From the NCBI GenBank assembly GCA_020137815.1, contig CM035350.1, positions 2,480,001-2,544,000 of the forward strand: a stretch of 64,000 nucleotides of DNA. Direction: 5' to 3'. Shown piece by piece: positions 32,897-45,000 of this stretch; within the stretch, counting starts at the first letter, position 1; every line of letters begins with the position of its first letter. This stretch comes from Hormiphora californensis. Taxonomy: Eukaryota > Animalia > Ctenophora. The notes beneath the pieces are model-generated. The model was not told the DNA's origin. It worked only from the letters and a program-made list of their open reading frames with translations, and did no database searches. Position numbers and translations under genes: made by a program.

Positions 32897-34642
32897 GTGC
32901 CTGATCCTGCTAAACTTCCGGATTTACTGAGTGAGTTCTTTCACTCCAAAGTTGAAAAGATTTATCAAGATATTCGAAATGATCCATCCTTCTCAGAAAC
33001 CTTGCCTAACTTGCCCGATACGAGAACACCAACATCAGTGCCTGTCCTTGCATCGTTTAAACCGGTATCGGATGAACAACTTGTATCTACCATCCGAAGA
33101 ATGAACCAAAAACATTGTTCCCTTGACCCTATACCGACCTCTCTACTCACAGGTGCCTTACCTCATCTCCTACCAATAATCTCGAAGATTGTCAACTCCA
33201 GTCTGTCCCAAGGAGAAGTGCCTGATAACTTGAAAACAGCTGTAATAAGACCTGCTCACAAAAATGCGTCATTGGATCCGGATCAATTGAAAAGCTACAG
33301 ACCTATTTCCAACTTATCATTTTTATCAAAGGTAGTAGAGAAATGTGTAGCTGAGCAGCTGATTGACCATCTTGAAAAACATGATCTTTTCGCTAAATTC
33401 CAGTCCGCCTATAGAACGAAACATTCTTGCGAAACGGCGACCGTGAAAATTGTCAATGACATCCTCTTGCAGATTGACAGCAAATCTCAGGTGATTCTTG
33501 TGTTATTGGACCTCTCGGCCGCGTTCGACACCATCTCGCATTCAGAACTGTTACGGCGACTTGAGAATGAATATCGAATTGGAGGTAGTGTTCTGAAATG
33601 GATCAAATCCTACCTGTCAGGACGCTTTGCGAAGGTTAAGATCGGATCGACGGAGTCCAGTTCGAAACCTATTGAAATCGGAGTGCCCCAAGGGTCTATT
33701 CTTGGCCCGTTGTTGTTTATCCTATATATGAAGGACCTGGAAAAGATTGCTGCATTATACGACCTAACCATACATATGTATGCTGATGATAGTCAGATAT
33801 ATGTTTCATTCTCACCAGAATCAATCGGTGAGGTGACCGAAAGACTACAGAAATGCATGGCACACATAAAATTGTGGATGGCTCATAGTATGCTGAAGCT
33901 CAACCCAGAGAAAACGGAAGTTCTCATCCTGAAAAACAAATGGAGTAAATCACCTGATATTGAGAACATATTGATCAATCCAGAAGATGGCGAAACAGAA
34001 GTCACCCCAAGAGCGAGAAACTTGGGCGTAATGTTTGACAGCACATTATCAATGGCCGATCACGTTACTAAAGTTGTCAAAGCTTGCAATCTACAACTGG
34101 TACAGATGTGGAGAATAGCCGGAAAATTGAGTAAGGCACAGAAAACTAAGCTGGTTTCAACCCTTATTCATAGCCGTATCGATTATTGCAACTCTCTTTT
34201 GGTTTCATTAAAGGATTCTGACCTGAAACGTCTACAGAAAGTTCAGAACAGTGCGACACGATACATTTACGGGAAAAGAGGAAAACGCGGTGTAACAAAA
34301 CTTCGTATGAAATCACACTTCTTGCCTGTGAAACAGCGAATAGAGTACAAAATTTGCTTGATGGTATACAAGACTCTTCATGATCAATCCCCTCCATACA
34401 TGTCTGAGATGTTAGTGAAGCGGCCCCAGAAAGTGAAATCACTCCGAGTGGATAATGACGTCACCGCTCTGAAAGAGGTGCGGAGGAGTGAGTACCACTA
34501 CGAGAACACTAGAGGCGCTTTCAGTATTGCTGCACCTAAATTATGGAATCAGCTACCACGATCAATCCGGGACTCAGAATCCCTTACTACTTTTAAAACA
34601 TCCCTGAAGACGCACTTGTTCTTTAGAGCATACAACCAATGA
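32897..34642 (+). CDS. LINE ORF2 reverse transcriptase, uninterrupted but lacking the N-terminal endonuclease
   Basis: YRPISNLSFLSKVVEK, QSAYR..HSCETA, LLDLSAAFDT, GVPQGSILGPLLF, YADD, RIDYCNSLL and AFSIAAPKLWNQLP are motifs typical of the L2/Crack group. Confidence 0.93.
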   Translation: MPDPAKLPDLLSEFFHSKVEKIYQDIRNDPSFSETLPNLPDTRTPTSVPVLASFKPVSDEQLVSTIRRMNQKHCSLDPIPTSLLTGALPHLLPIISKIVNSSLSQGEVPDNLKTAVIRPAHKNASLDPDQLKSYRPISNLSFLSKVVEKCVAEQLIDHLEKHDLFAKFQSAYRTKHSCETATVKIVNDILLQIDSKSQVILVLLDLSAAFDTISHSELLRRLENEYRIGGSVLKWIKSYLSGRFAKVKIGSTESSSKPIEIGVPQGSILGPLLFILYMKDLEKIAALYDLTIHMYADDSQIYVSFSPESIGEVTERLQKCMAHIKLWMAHSMLKLNPEKTEVLILKNKWSKSPDIENILINPEDGETEVTPRARNLGVMFDSTLSMADHVTKVVKACNLQLVQMWRIAGKLSKAQKTKLVSTLIHSRIDYCNSLLVSLKDSDLKRLQKVQNSATRYIYGKRGKRGVTKLRMKSHFLPVKQRIEYKICLMVYKTLHDQSPPYMSEMLVKRPQKVKSLRVDNDVTALKEVRRSEYHYENTRGAFSIAAPKLWNQLPRSIRDSESLTTFKTSLKTHLFFRAYNQ

Positions 34643-34766
34643 TCGGCAAAATAATCCTCACTTCCCTACATTTGGTACATCCACATGGATTCCTGAGTAA
34701 CTGAGTAACTACTGTCTCCAACTCCCATTCCTGATTCCTGGGCTCCCTTTTTCTCGTGTATTCCTT

Positions 34767-35480
34767 CACATCGATACCTGGGTCCTTTACTCCTACCTCC
34801 TCCACATCGATCCCTGGGTCCTCTACTCCTACCTCCTCCACATCGATCCCTGGGTCCTTTACTCCTACCTCCTCCACATCGATTCCTGGGTCCTTTCCCT
34901 ACCTTGCTCCACATCGATCCCTGGGTCTTTTCCCAACCTCCTTCACATCGATCCCTGGGACTTTTACTCCTACCTCCTCCACATCGATTCCTGGGTCCTT
35001 TCCCTACTTTGCTCCACATCGATCCCTGGGTCCTCTACTTCTACCTCCTTCACATCGATCCCTGGGTCCTTTACTCCTACCTCCTCCACATCGATCCCTG
35101 GGTCCTTTACTCCTACCTCCTCCACATCGATTCCTGGGTCCTTTCCCTACCTTGCTCCACATCGATCCCTGGGTCTTTTCCCAACATCCTTCACATCGAT
35201 CCCTGGGTCCTTTACTCCTACCTCCTCCACATCGATTCCTGGGTCCTTTCCCTACCTTGCTCCACATCGATCCCTGGGTCCTCTACTCCTACCTGCTCCA
35301 CATCGATCCCTGGGTCCTTTACTCCTACCTCCTCCACATCGATCCCCGGGTCCTTTACTCCTACCTCCTCCACATCGATCCCTGGGTCCTTTACTCCTAC
35401 CTCCTCCACATCGATCCCTGGGTCCTTTACTCCTACCTCCTCCACATCGATCCCTGGGTCCTTTTCCTTACGCTGCTCCA
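34767..35480. repeat. 33-36-bp minisatellite in the LINE 3' UTR
   Basis: Repeated CACATCGATCCCTGGGTCCTTTACTCCTACCTCCTC with length variants. Confidence 0.92.
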
Positions 35481-36302
35481 TATCGAGCACATCCTCATTC
35501 CTCATTCTACAACATCCCTTCTACACGCTACTCATCACTTGTTATCACGACAGTTTATTGATTCTGTTTTTTGTACATACAATGTGATATTGAAGAGTGT
35601 TTGAATTAGACGAGATAACCCAGCTAGAGGTAGCTACGGGCGGAAACGTCCGCATGTTGGACATATTTATTTTTAATACTTGTGAACCAATATGTTTAGT
35701 GTATTAGCGGGGTGTCAATAATTACATTTATTTAATTTATTGACATTATAAATATAATTTTAATCTTGTAATCTTGTAATCTTGTAATCTTGCTAAGTTC
35801 TTCCGAACCTCCAAATTTCAAGTCTCTATCTTATCAGGAACCGGAGATATGGCAAATTTTGTTATTTTAGGGGGGTGACAGTTTCAAAAAATCCGACTAT
35901 ACGAATGCTGAAGTGATTAATTTCCTGAGAACGCGGATACGATTCTGTCTCCTCAGAAGTACTCTGGTCTCACTCAGGGGCACGAGGAAAAAGTTCACGA
36001 CTCCACCACCCATTGCAATGTGTGATTTTACTGACTGACTTTTTATTTATAATATTTATTGTTTATTTGAGTGAGTGATTTTAAGATTTATTTATTACTA
36101 ACCCCAACACCGGGGGCAAATGATCGAACCCAATGTGAATGAGACTCATCGCGATTAACTCTTCATACGGTTACCCCCTTTCTCTCTTCGGCAGCTTCTC
36201 TTCGGCTGTTGGAAAGTGATGCCAATCGGTGTTGGGGTTAGTGAGTCAGAGTCGTCACGCTTCTGTTTTTTACCAAATAAACGGAAAATTCGCACCGTTA
36301 CG

Positions 36303-36456
36303 AATGAGGCGCCTCGGAAATGTTCAAGTCATGCACATTCAAGTCACGCCCACCAATCACAGCCCAGAACAGCTCTCGTGATCCGCGCGTTCTGAGCTGT
36401 GATTGGTGGGCGTGACTTGAATGTGCATGGCTTGAACATTTCCGAGGCTCCTCATT
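36303..36456. mobile_element. Hairpin MITE-like inverted repeat (~68-bp arms)
   Basis: AATGAGGCGCCTCGGAAATGTTCAAG...CCAATCACAGC is mirrored by GCTGTGATTGG...CTTGAACATTTCCGAGGCTCCTCATT. Confidence 0.8.
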
Positions 36457-36570
36457 GAAAAGCGCTGCCTTATCCCGCGCTATCGGGGGGCAGCAGCGTT
36501 TGCCAACGTTACGAACTCCCCGTGAACCACATGTTTTCCTCCACAAAATAATTTCAACAAGTCCTGTAGG

Positions 36571-37158
36571 ATGAATCTTTTAAAACAAGCCACCAAGATC
36601 GTTTGTGTGGGCCGAAACTATGCAAAACACGCTAAGGAGCTTGGCAATGCCCTTCCAAGCACTCCAATAATCTTCACAAAACCTACAACATGTTTTGTAG
36701 AGGATGGTGGTAGTGTTCTCTACCCTGATATATCAAGTGACCTTCACTACGAGGTAGAGCTGGGCGTGGTCATTGGGAAGACATTGTCCAAAGTTCCAGC
36801 CTCCGAGGTCATGTCGCATGTTGCGGGGTATGCTATTGCTATTGATGTTACCTGTAGAGATATCCAGGAACAATGTAAAGCAGAACGAACACCATGGACA
36901 ATGGCGAAATGCCTTGATACCTTCTGCCCAATCGGTCCCCTCGTTTCTCCTGACAAGATAGATGCAGCCAATACGGAGATAACTCTGAAACAGAACGGAG
37001 TGCTGAGACAACACGGGAACACGGCCGACATGATATTTTCAGTACCAACTTTGTTGGAGTATGTAGCTGCTCATATTACCCTTCTGCCCGGAGATGTGCT
37101 ATTGACCGGAACACCCGAGGGTGTCGGACCGTTAGCCAGGGGAGATGTTTTGGAGGTG
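36571..37158 (+). CDS. FAHD1: FAH-domain protein FAHD1 (oxaloacetate decarboxylase/tautomerase), copy 1; clean frame but last ~13 codons replaced by microsatellite
   Basis: KIVCVGRNYAKHAKEL, LHYEVELGVVIGK, DVTCRDIQ, PWTMAKCLDTFCP and PGDVLLTGTPEGVGP. It diverges from copy 2 after DVLEV. Confidence 0.85.
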
Positions 37159-37159
37159 C

Positions 37160-37602
37160 GATGGGAGAGATGGAGAGATGGGAGAAGATGGAGAGTGGAG
37201 AGATGGAGAGATGGAGAGATGGAGAGATGAGGAGTGGAGGATGGAGAGATGGAGAGATGGAGAGATGGAGAGATGGAGAGATGGAGAGATGGAGAGAGAG
37301 ATGGAGAGATGGAGAGATGGAGAGATGGAGAGATGGAGAGATGGAGAGATGGAGAGATGGAGAGATGGAGAGATGGAGAGAGATGGAGAGATGGAGAGAT
37401 GGAGATATGGAGAGATGGAGAGATGGAGAGAGATTGGAGAGATGGAGAGATGAGAGATGGGAGAGATGGAGAGATGGAGAGATGGAGAGATGGAGAGATG
37501 GAGAGATGGAGAGATGGAGAGATGGAGAGATGGGAGAGATGGAGAGATGGGAGATGGAGAGATGAGAGATGGAGAGATGGAGAGAGGAGAGATGGAGAGA
37601 GG
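37160..37602. repeat. (GATGGAGA)n octamer microsatellite
   Basis: Direct 8-bp repeats; these generate the spurious ERWRDGEM ORFs. Confidence 0.97.
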
Positions 37603-39052
37603 GCAGCGTTTAGTGCCCGGTTTCATAGTCTTTCTTTTGAATGGGATTCTTGTTGTGTGTGTTTACAAATTTTTAGGAGGGTCAGAACTCAGAACATAAC
37701 AACCTGCTCACACTCCCCTGTACCGAGTGCAGACTCTCTAAACCCTGTTCCTCCTCTAGATTTGACGATCAGTAAAACTCTACATTACGAACAATAGTGA
37801 CGGTGACACTAGTTCGGCAGGCTCTTGGCATCACCATTCTTCATTCAGGGAGGTAGCGACACACTCCAGAGCTGTATCAGGGTGTTGAGTAGTCCTGCAG
37901 TGGCGACTGAGATTATCCCTAAGGATACACTGCTCAGTGTGTAGCTGGTGGTACTGAACCTGATTGTCTTGTTCCACCCTGCTTCACCACGCCGCGATCA
38001 AATGTAACATAAGAATTAAGAACATTGTCGAGGAGAATTCAGGCGAGGAAATAAAAGGGAATTTTACACAATCATACATACCTAGATATGTAATAACAGC
38101 TCTCCTTGTAGGTCCTGACTAACTGTACCACGACCGAGCACTAGAGATATGAGAGGGCTCCCATTCAAACCACATTAAAGTTGCCCCGCCACTTCGGATC
38201 CCGGCCAGATGAGAGGTACAAAATTATCGATTCTGATAGAGGCCCACCCCATGTGACACATTAAGATAAGGAAGGAAGCGGAGAAGGCTGAAATCATCCC
38301 TTCTCAGAGAGATGATTTGTGTCTCTTTCTCAGCTAGACTGTTGTCTTTTTGATAGTCGATAAACCAAATTATAAAAGGAGCATGGTCGTACGCACTTTT
38401 GACAACATTCCCTCCCCCTCCCAGGATTCTGCGAGTACAGCTGGTTACAACACCCTCTCTAGACGATTAATATCATCCCATCTACAAGATATGTGTATCT
38501 AAGATCGATGCCTGGAATCAGCCGTTATCCCATAATAATATAACGGAATTGACTAACTACGGTACGGACATCGGACACGTCTACTAAAGTTAGACAAGGA
38601 GATATCACTGTCCGCATTCCCTACAGAGTGCTGCTGTAAATGAGATTTATAGGACTATAATTATCGTTAGATTAGGATATCACGAACTCTTTTTACCATG
38701 TTCTAGGGTTTGAACAAAACAACTCTTTATCATTTTGAGAATATTACATATTGTGATCGATAAGTAGTGTCCAGAAAGATAGCAATTGTTTGTGGTCTGT
38801 CTTCTTAGAATTTTGCGTTCATTTGTATTAAATCCAGCTAATTAAAGAATATTCGTTTTGTACCCAATATATCAATTAGGAATGTTTCGGCGAAGGGTAA
38901 AACTTTCATCTTTATCGTTTTAATTAGACGACGCTGGGGTGGTTCAGCCATGACAGCACTCTTGGCCTGGTTTCCCTTCCACCGAACGTTTCCTCATTGA
39001 TGTTCCAACGCCAATGATGCAATCCATTGGTGCAAGTGTCATGTGTGTGCAC

Positions 39053-42000
39053 TAGCCCGTGCTAAGTGAATTCGTTTTTTTTCTAGCAATTCGGTATCTA
39101 GTGAGGTAAAACTATGGACAATTTCACGGAAGCTAGTGAAATCAGAATTTCAATAGCATTATAGATTACGGTGGCATCGCATTTAAAAAAGTTAAGTTTT
39201 TACTTAAAATCGGCTGAAATGTTTAATAACTCAGCCAATTCTGCGCTGCATATTCCCATTTTAAACGTACGCGGCGAAATTTTGGTGCAAAGCGCTGCAT
39301 TTTGAGCGCGCACCGCTTTTTTCAAAAACACAATTTCAGCCTGAACTTCGACTTTTTTAGTCGAAATTTGAAAAATGCTCCGATATCACACAGTGTGTGA
39401 AGGTCAGAAGGGTTCGCAACATACGCAAACTCAAAGAAAAGCTCGATCGCGAGGCATTTTTGTTCTTTTTCTTAAGTCGAATTCTACCGAATTTGGTAGC
39501 ATGAGCTACAGTTCCACCGAGCGCTACTGGCCCCTCTGAAGACGGGCCTACGACACCAATCAAATTATCTCTCCGTAATCCGCATTCAAACTTCTTCGCA
39601 CATCCCATTTTACTGCATCCAAGATGAGTTTACAAATTGATACACTGTATCTGATCTCATCGTTAAATGGCTAGCTATTGGATAACAATTGACTTACTTG
39701 ATTCCACGGTGTGGTATTTCCGAAATCCATTCATAACAGTTCTCCACTCTACAACGATCGGCCATCAAAGAAGCAGTTTGGGAGGTTTCCTGAGTCCCGT
39801 GTTTCGCCGCAGTACATCCACAAATAAAAGTCTGTTTTGGTCGCCCTGTTGGAGTTCCCAAAGCGTTAGTTCCGGATGGGTGCAGCATGGTCGGCGAGCC
39901 TCAGTCTCCTTTCAGCGATCTTGGTGCTGAGAATAGGCAGTTTCCCAATACCATACAATGCGGCATAGCTCATCTGAGGGGGGTACTGGTTTTCTATTTG
40001 GTGCCATGTGGGTAACAGGGGGAGACGAAGTAACACCGCAAAGTTTTCAAATGACCTTATCAGTGCGAGACCGTATCCGCTTACTACGCAAGTAGCTGTG
40101 CCGAAAACTCTACATTTGCACGTGCGTTACCAGGGAGTCAACAAGCGTTGGTTGCTACTTAGGACCAGTAAGCTACACGTGCAACTACCATATCACACAA
40201 TTTGCCGCGATTCCCGTCTCTTTTCTGCAACCGGTGAACCAGCGTCCAGCAGCCATCAAGCCCTGCCATCTCGAGTAGTGAAAATCTGGAGAAACAAAGA
40301 AGGTAGGCCCCCAAGGCTTCCTTTAGAAATGTATTTCTTGTTATCGTCTTCGTGTACAAGTTACACAGGTGTCAGTTCCTCACAGAGCCTCCCCTCCCTG
40401 GAAACATCTGTATCCAGTCCAAGATTGTATTTCCTGAGATATCGGCAATCGATCGCCATTGAACGGGCGCCACACTTTCGTTTTCTGTGCTTTTCGACTG
40501 AATTTGTAAACTTTATTAAGCAAGTGTTTTCACTAACACCTAAAATTCAACTCTTTAGATAGCATATGCCAAAAGAACCAACCAAGAGACAAACCCTGCA
40601 GGAGTATTTCCCTCCTAATGGAACACTCCTTCCGAGCCAACCGTTGCAGATGCGATGTCCCTGTCCACCATCTCTATACGAGAAGTGCAGGACAGTACGG
40701 CAACTACCTACAGACTGGCCCGATCACATTAACGAAAATGAACAGCAACACCCCAGAGAAGAATATAGCAAAGTAAGTAGTAACCGTGTGTTAGTGTGTG
40801 TATTATATGTGTATCTGTGGACCGGGGTTGAAACGGTTGTGTGTGTATATGTGTGGTACGTGTGTGTTGTCGTATATCATTCTAGTTTTGTTTCTTAAAC
40901 AGTATCCTTCCCTCCTCAGCGTACTCAAAATGGCACAAAGCAAATAAGTTAGCGGGCCTGAAAAAACAGACGAGCATTGACCAGATGAGAGGTTCATCAA
41001 CAAAAAACTTATTCTTGTGTAAGTGGGAAAATGGGTCTTCAAAACTCAGCACTTTCATCATGTGGTATGTGATTTTGATTAGGGATATGAAAACAAATAA
41101 AATATCATTTAATTACCTAACCAAACTACAAACATTTACGGACAAGGGCGACATTTTATCTCGCAGCCATGTCAGTTGCTTCAGCAATATTACAAAAAGT
41201 AACACCGAATTTGGTACGTTGGTAGTTGCTCAACCCTCTATAGCCCGACTTAGCCATGCTTAATTCAAAGTTGTCAACCCCTCCCCGACTTTTGAACTGG
41301 CGGTCCGGGTCCGATTTTCTGACCACACGCAAAAAAAAGAATAGTGTGGCTCTCTCCCTCTCTAGCCCCCCTCTGCTCCTCCATGGGGAACTTTATTGGA
41401 TAATGGTTGTGACAGAAAGAAGAGATAGACTGCCCTTTCATCATGATGCGGGGAAAACTAGAGAGGAGAACCTACCGATCCTCCCTTGAATGCCCCTGTA
41501 TTTATTGCTATCAGTTTCACACCTCCCCTTGTTGCAAAGAGTTCGGCTTCTTTACGGAGAGTAAGACTGGGGATGTAAGTGAGAGATACTGTCGTAGGGC
41601 GCCGTTCTATGCTCCCCTTTCTGCTCGCGATCACCCGAACCCCAGTATATAAGAACACAGAGTGTAGGGTTAAGCGACTACCCACTTGCCCCGAAGGTTT
41701 AATGTATCGGCTCCCTTTACCCTCACACCTCCTCGGTAGATCTCTCAGTGGTCAAGGGTAAAAGGAGACCGTCACGCTTAAAAGCAATAACAATTCCTCC
41801 TAACATTTCAGTAAAATTAACAAGTTCAGATGGGTGAAATATATCATAAATCACTCATTATAACATATATTATAATGCATATATAATGGGATGTGGATCT
41901 TTCAAGTTCGGGGTCATATCACTAAGGATTGAAAGGGTGGGAGTTGCATTTCATTGCATCTTATCGCTCAAACACTACGTTCGAGGTGAGTTAAAATATT

Positions 42001-45000
42001 CCCACAATTGTGCTCCTGATTCGTGGTATGTGTAAAAACATGACTGGTATTTTAAACAAAGTTTATTCACGGTTACTGTTGTGATCCAATATACCAGAAC
42101 TACCGGAAGACCCACCTATGGAGGCCGATGAGGTTCCCCTGTGAAAACCCCGGTCCAAGCTGATGTGGAGCACCAAATAAGGTTTTTTTGTTTCCCATGG
42201 AAATATATATTATACAGTTATGGATAGTTACAAATAACAAGACAGACAGTTCAATTTGAATTATATTTCCTATCAGGATCGATTCTGGTTGCCAAACTGA
42301 AGATTTTGACCCACCTATGGAGGGCGATGAGGTCCCCTTGATGAAACCCCGGTCCAAGCTGATGTGGAGCACCAAATAAGGTTTCTTTGTTGTCCCATGG
42401 AAATATATATTATTACAGTTATGGAAATGTTACAAATACAAGACAAGACAGTTCGATTTGAAATTATATTCCTATCAGGATCGATTCTGGTTGCCAAACT
42501 GAAGATTTTGACCCACCTATGGGGGCCGATGAGGTCCCTTGATGAAACCCCGGTCCAAGCTGTGTGGAGCACCAAATAAGGTTTCTTTGTTGTCCCCTGG
42601 AAATATTATTATACAGTTATGGATATGTTACAAATAACAAGACAGACAGTTCAATTTGAAAATATTTCCTATCAGGATCGATTCTGGTTGCCAAAATAGA
42701 TTTGATGTTATTCCAACTCCCTCCCTGAAACGCCGTCTCTTCAAGTAGTCACGTGGACACCCCTTATTCATGAACCGATTTGCCCCATACATGTGCCACT
42801 TTGCCCCGTAGACTTTGCCCCAGTTTACCCTATACTAGTATTGCAATACAATATATTGGTCCTGTAATTGCACAAATTAGTTTTAGTTGTAAAAGGTTTT
42901 CAAGTGAATTTACAATAACACCAATCTTACCTTCTAAGAGAGACGTCTGCAAGGCCAAGACGAAAATAAGCCCTCCCAACTAGCACTAATAGCCTCTGAT
43001 GGAAATGATTCCGAGGTAAGATCCAGAAAGTATTTCACTGGTCTTTAAGAAAGGAGCTAAGGTGGTTTTTTAACAGACTTTCTACCTTTTCATTTTCAGT
43101 GTTCGACACAGTGCAACACGGTCTTACAACACCGACGATCTCAGTGACGTTGCATCGCTATGCTGCGTTATAATTACGGGTCAAGAAGCTTGTCGGACAC
43201 CCTTACAAGAAACAACTTTTCTCATGGGTACAGCTCTGTAGTCAAATCATCGAAAACTACGCTCTACAGCTCCGGCTGCAATTGGCGAAAGTAAAGGAAC
43301 TCGAGGGCTTTCAGCCACTAAGTAAGTACAACTATGAGCTAAGCATTAAATAGCTGCTCACCAAGTGGGTTAACCTCGATTTCTCCTTTATAACGATGCC
43401 CAATAAAACGATTCCAACTCTTCCATTTTGTCCGGACCAAACCCCGAAAATGACTTATAGACCCCATCCCCCCTTTGTAGTGTACTTTCGATCAATGTCT
43501 ATCTACTGATACATTCAGTGCTCTCTTGGGATGGAGGCGAAGAGAGACTCTGATTGAGAAAGGACACGGATGGAGAAGAGGCATCATATTACCTTAGTAG
43601 CCAGCCCGGAAAACGACCACTGGGGGGTCTTTCATGTTGGACAAATCTGGTAAGCTTAGTGCTGTTTTTAATTCCAGCTTTGATTGATATTCTTGTTCAG
43701 TTAGAAGTAGAGAAATTTATAAACTCCCATATTTCAGCTGCAGTTTTGATTGGGGTTGTTGGATCATTTTGGCCTCCCCAATATGGATTTCGATGAAATT
43801 CGAGCTGTATTGAGTGATGGGGAGAACGCCAACTGGTGGAAGGTAAGTTGGAGTAACCCTTTCGGTAAAGTTGTATGCATTTAGCTGATTGACAGTTAGA
43901 GGTGCTCTCTATAATATCATACCCATAGAAATTCTCTATTTAACACGAAAAAAAAACTTTCCAGGAAAGAACCTATGGAGGAGGAATCAGTAGTTGGAGA
44001 GGAACTGAAAAGGGCCATTGCTTCGGGTAGTGTGCCTTTGCACACTACGGAAATCATGATGAAGGCATTTTTCGAGATTTTGGACGGCCAGACTAAAGGT
44101 TAGAAATTCAGTTTCCTATTAATTAACATTTTGAATCTAATTGAATAATTATTCTCACTGTATATTTTTAAATCACATTCTAATCACAAATGTCACTTTA
44201 GGTAACAAATCCTTCAAGGGAGATCTGGCCAAGTTCATGGTCGACGATGAGGTGCTGCAGGGAAGAGGTCCTTTCGACCCATATGGAGATTACGATAAAC
44301 ATAGAAGGAATGAGGAAGCCAGATATCAAAGGACGCCATGACCCTCTACAAATTAGCAAAGGCTGTTCGTGAAGGTAAGAATTAGTTTTGCGACTTTCGA
44401 TAAGTAAAACAATTGTTTGGCCAGCCACGGCCAACCGTTTCGTACTGCATTCCATAACATTGTGATCCTCCTTTCAGGGGTCCTCGATCCAAAGCTGGGC
44501 GAGCGGAAAATTATAGAGATGAATACGTGAGGTGGACCTCGACCGCAAGCGAGCCTTGCGGTTATATATGGCGGCCATCCTTCATCAAAGACCGCTAAAC
44601 TAAAACTTCTTGTTGCCTTTATCATCGACATTTATGTGCCGGTAAGTTTTTTTGTTATTTCTTGTGCTGATCTCATTTTAATATAAGGGAGTGATGTTTA
44701 CGTGTTACAAGTTGTTACAGAAGGTGACCAAAAAATTTGGTCACTGGTTAGTACTAAAGTTAAGTTTACATATATTTCTATTGGGTTGAGCCTAAGAACT
44801 TTTTCATGATGTTTTAGACATATATCAGCTCAGAATTGAGTGTCGGTGCGTTTAAGGTATATAAATGATGTAAAACTTTGTACGTGTTACAAAGTGTAAT
44901 GTATCACCCCCAATTCTTGCTTAACACCTCTATTTATCTCAGATGCATCTCGCAATCAAAACGCGATGGAATGTGCTGAATGGACCAGGCCTTCTCCTGG

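Larger units (their letters stand above)
32856..35792 (+). mobile_element. 5'-truncated L2/Crack-clade non-LTR retrotransposon with (TAATCTTG)n tail and CTAAG target duplication
   Basis: An RT ORF, a 3' UTR and an 8-bp microsatellite tail at 35761-35792. CTAAG occurs at 32851-32855 and again at 35793-35797. Confidence 0.85.
32748..35898. mobile_element. Palindromic MITE (~100-bp arms at 32748-32855 and 35793-35898) split by a LINE insertion
   Basis: AGTCGGATTTTTTGAAACTGTCACCCCCC...GAGACTTGAAATTTGGAGGTT on the left is the reverse complement of AACCTCCAAATTTCAAGTCTC...GGGGGGTGACAGTTTCAAAAAATCCGACT on the right. Confidence 0.85.

Noticed and set aside
32897-34642. RT as a retron, group II intron or DGR-type enzyme, with the adjacent 36-bp repeats as a CRISPR-like array
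   Set aside because: The motifs, microsatellite tail and TSD are those of an L2-clade LINE, and the repeats lack spacers.
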